From Klebsiella pneumoniae (GTDB lineage Bacteria > Pseudomonadota > Gammaproteobacteria > Pseudomonadales > UBA5518), in assembly GCA_945862145.1 (NCBI GenBank), contig CAMAXE010000001.1, positions 388,295 through 452,294 of the forward strand: a stretch of DNA of 64,000 nt. Reading direction: 5' to 3'. Each line of letters opens with the position of its first letter. The first letter of the stretch is position 1. The translations under genes and the position numbers were made by a program. Shown here piece by piece: positions 55,421 to 64,000 of the stretch. The notes beneath the pieces were generated by a model. The model did not search any database. It was given only the letters and a program-made list of their open reading frames with translations, and was not told the origin of the DNA.

Positions 55421-58383
55421 GTGCCGGCACCGACATCCGCTGTGGCGTGCTCGAGGAGTTCCTGCTGCCGGGTCGTGAAGGCCTTCTGCCGCTTCTGCCA
55501 GTCAGATGGCGCGTGCACCTTGGATGCCTGCACGGCGGTTACCTTGTACTCCGGGCAGTTCGTTGCCCAATCGGAGTTGTCGGTAGTCACCACGTTCGCG
55601 CCGCTCACCGGGTGATGGAAGGTGGTGTAGAGAACCCCGGCCTGCACGCGGTCGGTCACCTCCGCCCGCAGCACCGTATCACCTGCCCTGCTCACCAACC
55701 CCACCCAGTCACCGCTCTGGATGCCGCGCTCCTCGGCGTCATGCGGGTGGATCTCGAGCAGGTCCTCGGAGTGGAACTGCAGGTTCTCGGTGCGACGTGT
55801 CTGCGCGCCGACGTTGTACTGCGAGAGTATGCGTCCGGTGGTGAGCAGCAGCGGAAGCCGGCGGCTGGCGCGCTCCTCGGTAGGCACAAACGGCGTGATG
55901 GCAAAATAACCCTTGCCCCGCACGAAGGTGTCCACGTGCATGGTGGGCGTGCCCTCCGGCGCCGCCTCGTTGCAGGGCCACTGGATGCTGCCCAGTTCGT
56001 CGAGGCGGGCGTAGCTCACGCCGGTGAAGGTGGGCGTGAGCCGCGCGATTTCATCCATGATCTCGCCAGCTGCCCCGTAATGCATCGCATAGCCGAGCGC
56101 GTTGGCGAGCTTCTGGGTGATCTCCCAATCCTCGAGTCCGGCGATGGGGCTCATGGCACGGCGCACGCGCGAAATGCGTCGCTCTGCGTTGGTGAAGGTG
56201 CCGTCTTTCTCGAGGAAGGTGGCACCCGGCAGGAACACGTGAGCGAACTTCGCCGTCTCGTTCAGGAAGATATCCTGCACCACGAGGCACTCGAGCTGGC
56301 GCAGCGCCTCCTCGACGTGCTGGGTATTGGGATCCGACTGCGCCAGATCCTCCCCCTGCACGTACATGCCACGGAAACGCCCGTCGAGTGCGGCGTCAAA
56401 CATGTTGGTGATACGCATGCCGGGTTCGTCATCGAGTTCGACGCCCCAGGCTGATTCGAAGCTCGCACGCACGCCCGGATCCGACACGTGTCGGTAGCCG
56501 GGGAACTCGTGCGGAAACGAGCCCATGTCGCAGGCGCCCTGCACGTTGTTCTGTCCACGCAGCGGATTCACCCCCACGCCGCGGCGCCCGAGGTTGCCAG
56601 TGGCCATGGCGATATTGGCGATGCCCATTACGGTGGTGGAACCCTGGCTGTGCTCGGTGACGCCCAGGCCGTAGTAGATCGCACCATTGCGTGCGCCCGC
56701 GAACAGACGCGCTGCAGCACGCAGTTCGGCCGCCGGAATGCCGGTGACGTCTGCTGTAGCTTCCGGCGCGTGCTCGGGACGCGACACAAACGCACGCCAG
56801 CGCTCAAATTGCTCGGGTTCGCAGCGCTCGGCGATGAAATCACGTTGCTCGAGGCCTTCGGTGACAATCACGTGGGCCATCGCGTTCACGAAGGCCACGT
56901 TGGTTCCGGGGCGCAGCTGCAGGTGATGATCGGCCTGGACGTGGGGGCTGGAGACCAGCGCGATACGGCGCGGGTCGACCACGATCAGTCGGGCCCCCTC
57001 GCGCAGGCGCTTCTTGAGGCGTGAGGCAAACACCGGGTGCGCCTCGGTGGGGTTCGCACCCATCACAATGATCACATCGGACTCTGCCACCGAATTGAAC
57101 GCCTGCGTCCCGGCGGATTCGCCGATCGTGGTCTTCAATCCATAACCCGTGGGCGAGTGGCAAACCCGGGCGCAGGTATCGACATTGTTGTTGCCAAACC
57201 CGGCGCGGACCAGCTTCTGGACCAGCCAAGTCTCCTCGTTGGTGCAACGCGAGGAGGTGATGGCGCCAACGCTGTTGCGTCCGTATTTCTGCTGTATCGC
57301 CTTGAACCTGGCGGCGGCAAAGCCGAACGCCTCGTCCCAGCTGACTTCGCGCCAGGGCGAGTCGATGCTGTCGCGGATCATGGGGTGGCGGATGCGATCC
57401 TTGTGGGTCGCGTAGCCGAAGGCAAAGCGCCCCTTGACGCAGGAGTGGCCTTCGTTCGCCTGGCCGTCCTTGTTGGGGACCATACGCACTACGGTGTCAC
57501 CGCGCATTTCAGCGCGGAAGGAACAACCGACGCCGCAATAGGCGCAGGTGGTAAGCACGCTGTGCTCGGGCACGCCCATCTCGATCACGCTCTTTTCCTG
57601 CAGCGTGGCGGTCGGGCAGGCCTGCACGCAGGCACCGCAGGACACGCAGTCGGACTCCATGAAGGAGCTGCCCTGCCCGGCGGCGATCTTGGAATCGAAT
57701 CCGCGGCCCTGCACGGTCAGCGCGAAGGTGCCCTGTACTTCCTCACAGGCGCGCACGCAGCGGGAGCAGACGATGCATTTGGAGGGATCGAAGCTGAAGT
57801 ACGGGTTGCTCTCGTCCTTGACGGCGCCCAGATGGTTCGCGCCCTCAAAGCCGTAACGCACTTTGCGCAGGCCAACCTGGCCTGCTACATCCTGCAACTC
57901 GCAGTCACCGTTGGCGCTGCAGGTAAGGCAGTCGAGGGGATGGTCCGAGATATACAGTTCGAGAACATTACGACGCAGGCCCGCGAGCGCGGTGGTCTGC
58001 GTGCGCACCACCATGCCGGGCTCGACCGGCGTGGTGCAGGATGCGGGATAGCCCTTGCGCCCCTGGATCTCGACCAGACACACGCGGCAGGAGCCAAAGG
58101 CCTCGACCGAATCGGTGGCGCAGAGTTTAGGCACCTTGATGCCGGCGATGGCAGCGGCGCGCATCACCGAGGTGCCTTCCGGAACGCTCACCTCGAAGCC
58201 GTCGATGGTGAGCGCAACCAGCGTTGCGCTCAGGCGCTCCGGAGTGCCCAGATCCCGTTGCGGTTCGTAGTACTGCAGCATCTCGATATCCTCCGCTGGC
58301 GAGACAACACTCGCCTGTTCAGTCGCTTCGCCGGGCGGGATTGCAACGCCACCGGCACCAGATTTCCCATCAGCCTGCGGCAA
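55417..58383 (-). CDS. fdsA: NAD-dependent formate dehydrogenase alpha subunit (molybdopterin, Fe-S)
   Basis: 988-aa ORF. It has an N-terminal 2Fe-2S and 4Fe-4S cysteine clusters (CRVCLVEI, CLTCSANGDCELQ, CIVCSRCVRAC, CVSCGACVQACP), the molybdopterin oxidoreductase 4Fe-4S CAYCGVGC, and an active-site Cys context (CARVCHSP) with no in-frame TGA. Confidence 0.9.
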   Translation of the reverse strand: MPQADGKSGAGGVAIPPGEATEQASVVSPAEDIEMLQYYEPQRDLGTPERLSATLVALTIDGFEVSVPEGTSVMRAAAIAGIKVPKLCATDSVEAFGSCRVCLVEIQGRKGYPASCTTPVEPGMVVRTQTTALAGLRRNVLELYISDHPLDCLTCSANGDCELQDVAGQVGLRKVRYGFEGANHLGAVKDESNPYFSFDPSKCIVCSRCVRACEEVQGTFALTVQGRGFDSKIAAGQGSSFMESDCVSCGACVQACPTATLQEKSVIEMGVPEHSVLTTCAYCGVGCSFRAEMRGDTVVRMVPNKDGQANEGHSCVKGRFAFGYATHKDRIRHPMIRDSIDSPWREVSWDEAFGFAAARFKAIQQKYGRNSVGAITSSRCTNEETWLVQKLVRAGFGNNNVDTCARVCHSPTGYGLKTTIGESAGTQAFNSVAESDVIIVMGANPTEAHPVFASRLKKRLREGARLIVVDPRRIALVSSPHVQADHHLQLRPGTNVAFVNAMAHVIVTEGLEQRDFIAERCEPEQFERWRAFVSRPEHAPEATADVTGIPAAELRAAARLFAGARNGAIYYGLGVTEHSQGSTTVMGIANIAMATGNLGRRGVGVNPLRGQNNVQGACDMGSFPHEFPGYRHVSDPGVRASFESAWGVELDDEPGMRITNMFDAALDGRFRGMYVQGEDLAQSDPNTQHVEEALRQLECLVVQDIFLNETAKFAHVFLPGATFLEKDGTFTNAERRISRVRRAMSPIAGLEDWEITQKLANALGYAMHYGAAGEIMDEIARLTPTFTGVSYARLDELGSIQWPCNEAAPEGTPTMHVDTFVRGKGYFAITPFVPTEERASRRLPLLLTTGRILSQYNVGAQTRRTENLQFHSEDLLEIHPHDAEERGIQSGDWVGLVSRAGDTVLRAEVTDRVQAGVLYTTFHHPVSGANVVTTDNSDWATNCPEYKVTAVQASKVHAPSDWQKRQKAFTTRQQELLEHATADVGAGT

Positions 58384-60400
58384 AATCCTCGGGCCAGTGC
58401 CGGATCGCGCTCATCACCGGAAGTGGCGTCAGGCTGCCCAGGGCGCACAGCGAGGCGTTCGTCAACGTACCGCAGAGATCCTCGAGCAACGCCATGTTGG
58501 CAGCCCGGTCATCATCGGCGGAAATCTTGTCGAGCAATTCCACCCCGCGGGTGGAGCCAATGCGGCAGGGAGTGCACTTGCCGCAGGACTCGAGCGCGCA
58601 AAACTCCATCGCAAAGCGCGCCTGCGCGCGCATATCCACGGTATCGTCGAATACGACCACGCCGCCGTGTCCGACCAGTGCGCCAAGCGCTGCAAAGGCC
58701 TCATAGTCGAGCGGTGTATCCCATTGCGAGGCGGGCAAATAGGCACCAAGCGGCCCACCCACCTGAATCGCGCGCATCGGGCGACCGCTGCGGGTACCTG
58801 CACCGAAGTCCTCGACCAGCTGGCGCAAGGTCGTGCCGAACGGCACCTCGACCAATCCGCCGCGCTTGATGTTCCCGCCCAGCTGCACGGCCAGCGTGCC
58901 ACGCGAGCGAGCTATGCCGACGCCCCAATAGGCCTCCGGTCCCTCGGCGAGGACGCTGGTGACGGCGACCAGGCTGAGCACGTTGTGGATAAGCGTCGGC
59001 TTGCCGAAGAGACCCTTGATGGCAGGCAGGGGCGGCTTCGCGCGTACGGTGCCACGCCGCCCTTCGAGGATCTCCAGCAGCGAGGTCTCTTCGCCGCAGA
59101 CGTAGGCACCAGCGCCGATACGCAGTTCGATATCGAAGGCGCGACCACTGCCCAGCACATCCGCACCGAGCCAGCCGTCGGCCCGCGCACGTTCGAGGGC
59201 CTGGCTCATCACGCCAGCGGCACGCGGATACTCGACACGGAGACCGATGAAGCCCTTGTCGGCGCCCACCGCGAGTCCTGCGATAACCATCCCCTCAAGC
59301 AGTTGATAGGGATCGGCCTCGACCACCAGACGATCGGCAAAGGTGCCGGAGTCGCCCTCCTCGGCGTTGCAGACCACGAACTTCTGCGCCGACGGGGTAT
59401 CGAGAACCGTCTGCCACTTGATGCCCGACGGGAACGCCGCACCACCGCGACCGCGTAGGCCCGACGCCTTGAGGGCATCAACGATCTGCTGCTGTGACAA
59501 TGTGAGCGCATGCTGCAGCGCAACCAGCCCGCCCTCGCGGCGGTAGTCAGCGAGCGACAGGGGATCGGTGCGACCGATGCGACGGAAGGTGGTGCGCTGC
59601 TGGCGCAGGAGCCACGGCAAGGACTCCACCGGGCCAACACAGCGCGGGTGCGTGGCAGCAAACCCATCATCGAGCAGCGACTCGACGTCTACCGCGGTGA
59701 CATTGGCGAAGCCGATCCGCTGGCCGTCACGCTCGATCTCAAGCAGGGGCTCGAGCCACGCCGCGCCGCGTGAGCCATTACGCACGAGATCAAGCGCAAA
59801 CCCGCGCGAGGCGGCGGCCCGCAGCAGCGTCTGCGCAACGGTGTCAGCGCCTACCGCGCCAGCGGTGGTGTCGGAGGGCACGAACACGCGAATCGTTGCG
59901 CCGCCCGCCGGCGCGGTAGCGATGCCGAGATTCACAACCGACACATCGCTGCGCGCGCTCTCGAGCAAGGCGGCAAGGCGAGTGGCATCGACCGCGCCAT
60001 GCACGGTGTCATCGATGCACACACTCGGACCGCAGGCGCAGTTGCCAAGGCAGTAAACGGCATCGAGCGTGATCGAGCCATCGGCACTCGTCTCGCCGAA
60101 ATCAAGCCCGGTCAGCTGGCGGGCGGCGGCCGCAAGATCACGGCCACCCACCGACTGGCAGGCTTCGGCACGGCAGACCTGGAGCCGTGTACGACCACCC
60201 GGCTCGATGCGCAGATCATGGAAAAACGTGATCAGCCCGTGGACTTCTGCGCGGGAGACACGCAGCGACTCTGCAATGCGTGCCACGGACTCGGGTGGCA
60301 CGTGGCCAAAGGCTCCCTGCACGGCATGGAGCACGGGGAGCAACGCACCGATGGTGTTTGCGTGACGCTCGAGAATGGAGGAGAGCACGTCTTGGTTCAC
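58370..60400 (-). CDS. fused formate dehydrogenase gamma-beta subunit (NuoE-like + NuoF-like)
   Basis: 676-aa ORF. Residues 1-150 are NuoE/FdsG-like (ALLPVLHAVQ..., CRAEACQSVG..., CLGNCACGPS). The remainder is NuoF/FdsB-like (GRGGAAFPSGIKW, GAGAYVCGEETSLLE, ESCGKCTPCR). Confidence 0.85.
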   Translation of the reverse strand: MNQDVLSSILERHANTIGALLPVLHAVQGAFGHVPPESVARIAESLRVSRAEVHGLITFFHDLRIEPGGRTRLQVCRAEACQSVGGRDLAAAARQLTGLDFGETSADGSITLDAVYCLGNCACGPSVCIDDTVHGAVDATRLAALLESARSDVSVVNLGIATAPAGGATIRVFVPSDTTAGAVGADTVAQTLLRAAASRGFALDLVRNGSRGAAWLEPLLEIERDGQRIGFANVTAVDVESLLDDGFAATHPRCVGPVESLPWLLRQQRTTFRRIGRTDPLSLADYRREGGLVALQHALTLSQQQIVDALKASGLRGRGGAAFPSGIKWQTVLDTPSAQKFVVCNAEEGDSGTFADRLVVEADPYQLLEGMVIAGLAVGADKGFIGLRVEYPRAAGVMSQALERARADGWLGADVLGSGRAFDIELRIGAGAYVCGEETSLLEILEGRRGTVRAKPPLPAIKGLFGKPTLIHNVLSLVAVTSVLAEGPEAYWGVGIARSRGTLAVQLGGNIKRGGLVEVPFGTTLRQLVEDFGAGTRSGRPMRAIQVGGPLGAYLPASQWDTPLDYEAFAALGALVGHGGVVVFDDTVDMRAQARFAMEFCALESCGKCTPCRIGSTRGVELLDKISADDDRAANMALLEDLCGTLTNASLCALGSLTPLPVMSAIRHWPEDFAAG

Positions 60401-60463
60401 ACGAAGATTCCGGTTGGGGCACGCGCTGCGGCCAGGGGTGATGCGGGAGTCCGGAGCATGGAG

Positions 60464-61309
60464 TCAGCCATACAGGTGCTTCGCATGAAAGGCGATGTGC
60501 TCGCCGATGAAGGTGCCTATGAACAAATAGCCGTGATCGTAGCCAGGCTGCAGCCTGAGCTGCAGGGGATAGTTCGCACTCTCCGCTGCGCGCTGCAAGC
60601 GCTCTGGTCGCAGCTGCAGTGCAAGGAAGGGATCCGCGTCGCCTTGGTCGATAAGCACAGGCAGACGCTCGCCAGCCTGCCCGAGCAGGAGGCTTGCGTC
60701 GTACGCAGCCCACGCTGCGCGATCGGGTCCGAGGTAATTGCCGAACGCTTTCTCGCCCCACGGGCAGTCCGAGGGCGCGCTGATCGGAGCGAAGGCACTC
60801 ACCGAACGGAAACGACCGGGGTTGCGCAGGGCCACCGTGAGCGCGCCGTGTCCGCCCATCGAGTGCCCGCTGATCGACTGGCGTTGCATGTCGAGCGCGG
60901 GATCCGCCGCGACGAGTGCGGGCAGTTCGGTGCAGACGTAATCGTACATCCGGTAGTGACGGCTCCAGGGCGTCTGCGTGGCGTTGACGTAGAAACCCGC
61001 CCCGAGGCCGAAATCCCAGCTGCCCTCGGGATCGCCCGGGACCCCCTCGCCGCGCGGACTGGTGTCCGGCGCAAGCAGCGCGATCCCATGCTCGGCGGCA
61101 TAGCGCTGTGCACCTGCCTTGATCACGAAGTTCTCGTCGGTGCAGCTCAGTCCGGAGAGCCAGCACAGCACGGGCACGGCGCGCCGCTCGGCCTGCGGCG
61201 GCAGATACAGTGAGAACACCATGTCGCAGCCGAGCACGGTCGAGCTGTGGCGATAGCGTTTTTGCCAGCCACCGACGCAGCGGACTGAGCCGATCTCTGT
61301 GGCGTCCAC
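60464..61309 (-). CDS. fghA: S-formylglutathione hydrolase (esterase D family)
   Basis: The GTG at 61309, 2 nt after the adhC stop, gives (M)DATEIGSVRCVGGWQKRYRHSSTVLGCDMVFSLYLPP, the canonical FghA N-terminus. The nucleophile motif is GHSMGGHGAL. The longest-ORF extension overlaps adhC. Confidence 0.85.
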   Translation of the reverse strand: MDATEIGSVRCVGGWQKRYRHSSTVLGCDMVFSLYLPPQAERRAVPVLCWLSGLSCTDENFVIKAGAQRYAAEHGIALLAPDTSPRGEGVPGDPEGSWDFGLGAGFYVNATQTPWSRHYRMYDYVCTELPALVAADPALDMQRQSISGHSMGGHGALTVALRNPGRFRSVSAFAPISAPSDCPWGEKAFGNYLGPDRAAWAAYDASLLLGQAGERLPVLIDQGDADPFLALQLRPERLQRAAESANYPLQLRLQPGYDHGYLFIGTFIGEHIAFHAKHLYG

Positions 61310-61311
61310 GC

Positions 61312-62418
61312 TCAGTACAACACCACGGAGCGGATGCTTTTGCCTTCGTGCATCAGGTCGAAGGCATCGTTGATCTGCTCGAGCGGCATGGTGTGGGTGA
61401 TCAGGGGATCGATCTTCACCCGACCTTCCATGTACCAGTCCACGATTTTCGGCACATCGCTGCGCCCGCGCGCCCCACCAAAGGCGGTGCCGCGCCAGCC
61501 GCGCCCGGTGACCAACTGGAAGGGGCGGGTCGAGATCTCCTGGCCCGCGCCAGCTACGCCGATGATGCAGCTCTGCCCCCAGCCCTTGTGACAACACTCC
61601 AGCGCCTGGCGCATGGTCTTCACGTTGCCGATGCACTCGAAGCTGTAATCGACTCCGCCGCCGGTCATGTCGATGATCGCCTGCGTTACGTTGTCGTGGT
61701 CGCGCGGATTCACGAAGTCAGTCATGCCGAAGCGCGTGGCAAGCTCCACACGCGCCGGGTTCAGATCAACCCCGATGATCCGGCTGGCGCCCGCCATCGC
61801 GGCACCCTGGATCACATTCAGACCGATGCCGCCCAACCCGAACACTGCCACCGTCGAGCCGAACTCGACTTTCATGGTGAACAGCACGGCGCCAACACCC
61901 GTGGTCACGCCGCAACCGATGTAACACACCTTGTCGAAGGGCGCGTCGCTGCGGATCTTGGCGAGCGCGATTTCCGGCAGCACGGTGTAATTCGAGAAGG
62001 TGGAACAACCCATGTAGTGCAGCACTTTCCTCCCCTCGAAAGAGAAGCGGCTGGTGCCATCGGGCATGACGCCCTGCCCCTGCGTGGAGCGGATCGCCTG
62101 ACAGAGGTTGGTTTTTGGATGCAGACAGTAATCGCACTCGCGGCACTCGGGCGTGTAGAGCGGGATCACGTGATCGCCGACCTTGAGCGACTTCACGCCG
62201 GGGCCGACCTCGACCACCACGCCCGCGCCTTCGTGACCGAGAATCGCCGGAAACGCGCCCTCGGGATCATCGCCGGAGAGCGTGAAAGCATCGGTGTGGC
62301 ACACACCGCTAGCCTTGATCTCCACCAGGACCTCTCCGGCACGTGGACCCTCGAGGTCTACCTCGACGATTTCAAGCGGCTTGCCGGCGGCGAAAGCGAC
62401 TGCTGCGCGTGACTTCAT
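61312..62418 (-). CDS. adhC: S-(hydroxymethyl)glutathione dehydrogenase / class III alcohol dehydrogenase
   Basis: The ATG at 62418 gives [43 protein letters not shown]. The zinc-ADH signature and [13 protein letters not shown] nucleotide-binding motifs are present, and the C-terminus KSIRSVVLY is typical. Confidence 0.9.
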   Translation of the reverse strand: MKSRAAVAFAAGKPLEIVEVDLEGPRAGEVLVEIKASGVCHTDAFTLSGDDPEGAFPAILGHEGAGVVVEVGPGVKSLKVGDHVIPLYTPECRECDYCLHPKTNLCQAIRSTQGQGVMPDGTSRFSFEGRKVLHYMGCSTFSNYTVLPEIALAKIRSDAPFDKVCYIGCGVTTGVGAVLFTMKVEFGSTVAVFGLGGIGLNVIQGAAMAGASRIIGVDLNPARVELATRFGMTDFVNPRDHDNVTQAIIDMTGGGVDYSFECIGNVKTMRQALECCHKGWGQSCIIGVAGAGQEISTRPFQLVTGRGWRGTAFGGARGRSDVPKIVDWYMEGRVKIDPLITHTMPLEQINDAFDLMHEGKSIRSVVLY

Positions 62419-62517
62419 GGCGGCCCATCTCCAAGCGTCCGGGTGACCTAGAAAGTGTAAACCCGTGGACCTCGCCCGCACACCTCGCGTAAGCGGAAAT
62501 GCTACCCCTCGAATACG

Positions 62518-62548
62518 AAAAAAACGCTGACCAGCGATCAATTTTTTT
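62518..62548 (-). terminator. A-tract / short hairpin / T-tract element after the thioesterase gene
   Basis: The minus strand reads TGA-AAAAAAT-TGAT-CGCTGGTCAGCG-TTTTTTT. A7 and T7 runs are conspicuous in this GC-rich window, but the hairpin stem is only 4-5 bp, so this is a weak call. Confidence 0.4.
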
Positions 62549-63363
62549 CATCCTTCGACGTGCGGAACCAGCGCGAGCTGGCGCGACTGCGCAACAAGGC
62601 GGTTTTTGCAGTCCCAGATCTCGCCGTCCTCCTCGAGGAAGCCTACGCTCACGAAACGCGTCGTGAAACACGCACGCAACCAGCCGGGAGCCGGGCGTGC
62701 ACGCAGATGAACCGTGAGTTCAAGCGTTGGCGTCCAGGCCACCGGGAGACACCCATTGAAAACCGCGGGCGGGAATGCATCCACCGCAAGCAGCAATGCC
62801 AATGCGTCCATGGGCTCATCATCAAGCAGACGAAACCAGCCGCGGGTAAGCAGCAGTCCACTGGGATCGCCATGCTTGAAGCCCGCATCGGCCGGGTGGA
62901 GCCGCAGATCAATGGACCCGTAAAGGCGCGGCGCACCGTCGCCGGGATCATGTCGCACGCAGCTCTCCGGTGTGGGCAGATCGGGCGGCGCGGCGTCAAT
63001 GCGCTCCACGACGCCCGCACTCGCGCCGAGTCCACCGAAGGTGCCCAGCACCTGGATCAGCGGCTTGCCAGAGGCCGTTAGCGATGCCGTGGCCACAGCG
63101 AACCGACGCCCGCGTCTGACCGTCTGAACCGCTGCCTCGACAGGGCCAACCTTGCCGGGGCTGAGATAATGCGCGGTGATAGTGACAGGATCGGGAAGCC
63201 CAGTTTCCGCGACCATCGCCCGTGCGGCGAGAGCAAGCAGATAGCCCCCGTTGGCGTTGCCACCGATGTCCCAGTTCTTGCAAATGGCGCCGGCGTAGCG
63301 CCCCGACCCGATCTGGCTGATTGCCGTGTCGCGGGCAAATACGCCCGGCGTCACGAATTGCAT
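62548..63363 (-). CDS. acyl-CoA thioesterase-like (double hotdog, TesB-like) protein
   Basis: 271-aa ORF. GGNANGGYLLALAARA and ITAHYLSPG...VRRGRRFAVATASL match the thioesterase-like superfamily pattern. Confidence 0.65.
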   Translation of the reverse strand: MQFVTPGVFARDTAISQIGSGRYAGAICKNWDIGGNANGGYLLALAARAMVAETGLPDPVTITAHYLSPGKVGPVEAAVQTVRRGRRFAVATASLTASGKPLIQVLGTFGGLGASAGVVERIDAAPPDLPTPESCVRHDPGDGAPRLYGSIDLRLHPADAGFKHGDPSGLLLTRGWFRLLDDEPMDALALLLAVDAFPPAVFNGCLPVAWTPTLELTVHLRARPAPGWLRACFTTRFVSVGFLEEDGEIWDCKNRLVAQSRQLALVPHVEG

Positions 63364-64000
63364 CCGACCAGCTTCAATTCCTGGCGCGGGCGGATCAGGT
63401 AACGAGGCGCCGCAATGTTATTCGCGCGCGCCAAAGCCTGCGCACTGGAGCAACCCTGACGCTTGGCGATACTGGCGAGCGTGTCGCCGGCGCGCACGAT
63501 GTACGTGCGTCCGCCTCCGTAGGCAACACTGCCCGGGACCCGGGCGTTCTGCAGTTCCGCGGCGAGCGTAACCATGCGGCCCTCCACACATTGCGCCGCG
63601 AACACCGGCACCAGCGCGCCAGGCAGTGCGACGGTCGTGCCCACCGCGATCCGCCGGTTGGGATCGACCCGGGGGTTGAGGTTGCGCAGCGCCCGGAACC
63701 AGCCGTCCCGGCTGCCCGCCTGACCCAGACAGACCGTGATCTCGCTCAAAGTCATGGCGTGGCTGATGCGCACCGAGCCGGGTGCGCCGTCGATGCGGGG
63801 GAACTCGAGTCCGTACTCCTCCGGATGCAGGAACAACCAGGCCGCAGCAAGCACATAGGGCACGTACTCCTGCGTCTCACGCGGCAACTGCGCCATGACC
63901 TCGGCGGACCAGAAGGACTTGTTACGAGAGCCTTTGACGATGCGCCGCATACGCCCTTCCCCACCGTTGTAGGCGGCCAGCGCGAACTCCAGGTTGTTAT
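63351..64000 (-). CDS. lytic transglycosylase (SLT domain) with C-terminal LysM domain, 5' end outside the window
   Basis: The frame stays open to the window edge. Nt 63951-64000 encode ...NNLEFALAAYNGGEGR (the SLT AYNxG motif) upstream of the track Met. The C-terminal LysM reads YIVRAGDTLASIAKRQGCSSAQALARANNI. Confidence 0.75.
   Translation of the reverse strand, partial: NNLEFALAAYNGGEGRMRRIVKGSRNKSFWSAEVMAQLPRETQEYVPYVLAAAWLFLHPEEYGLEFPRIDGAPGSVRISHAMTLSEITVCLGQAGSRDGWFRALRNLNPRVDPNRRIAVGTTVALPGALVPVFAAQCVEGRMVTLAAELQNARVPGSVAYGGGRTYIVRAGDTLASIAKRQGCSSAQALARANNIAAPRYLIRPRQELKLVGCNS

Noticed and set aside
55417-58383. I considered selenocysteine recoding in the formate dehydrogenase alpha subunit.
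   Set aside because: The ORF is uninterrupted with no in-frame TGA. The active-site position is read as Cys, so no SECIS element is needed.

Overview
This is a 64-kb, gene-dense, high-GC chromosomal segment with gammaproteobacterial hallmarks: a CTGT-N8-ACAG LexA operator, a split nrdJa/nrdJb class II ribonucleotide reductase, and Lap-type adhesin control. I can support about 50 CDS. I see no rRNA or tRNA genes, no CRISPR array and no transposase or integrase. Layout: a TonB-dependent receptor and acyl-CoA metabolism genes (0.3-9 kb); envelope and membrane genes (9-13.3 kb); an orphan dnaE2 with a LexA box (13.4-16.5 kb); nrdJab with NrdR boxes (17.4-20.4 kb); and a complete c-di-GMP-controlled Lap adhesin locus (21.9-36 kb) holding lapB, lapC, a VpsT/CsgD-like regulator, the adhesin gene, lapD, lapG and lapE. 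A GGEEF diguanylate cyclase follows (37.5-39.2 kb), then a GldG-type ABC cluster apparently co-transcribed with heme A synthase (40-45.8 kb), CoA-transferase/GMC/ALDH genes (47-51.7 kb), and a glutathione-dependent formaldehyde-to-CO2 block of frmA, fghA, fused fdsGB, fdsA, fdhD and fdsD (54.3-62.4 kb). The most interesting part lies inside the Lap locus. The adhesin is a compact 878-aa LapA-like protein whose usual Ig-repeat stalk is replaced by a perfect (Thr-Thr-Pro)x46 tract. It is divergently paired with a 740-aa cytoplasmic three-module protein (PAPS-sulfotransferase motifs, TPR repeats, and a DxD-motif domain). A second sulfotransferase-fold ORF appears translationally coupled to the neighbouring diguanylate cyclase. 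I interpret this, as untested inference, as a Lap system with a dedicated adhesin-modifying branch (sulfation and/or glycosylation), which I do not know to have been described.
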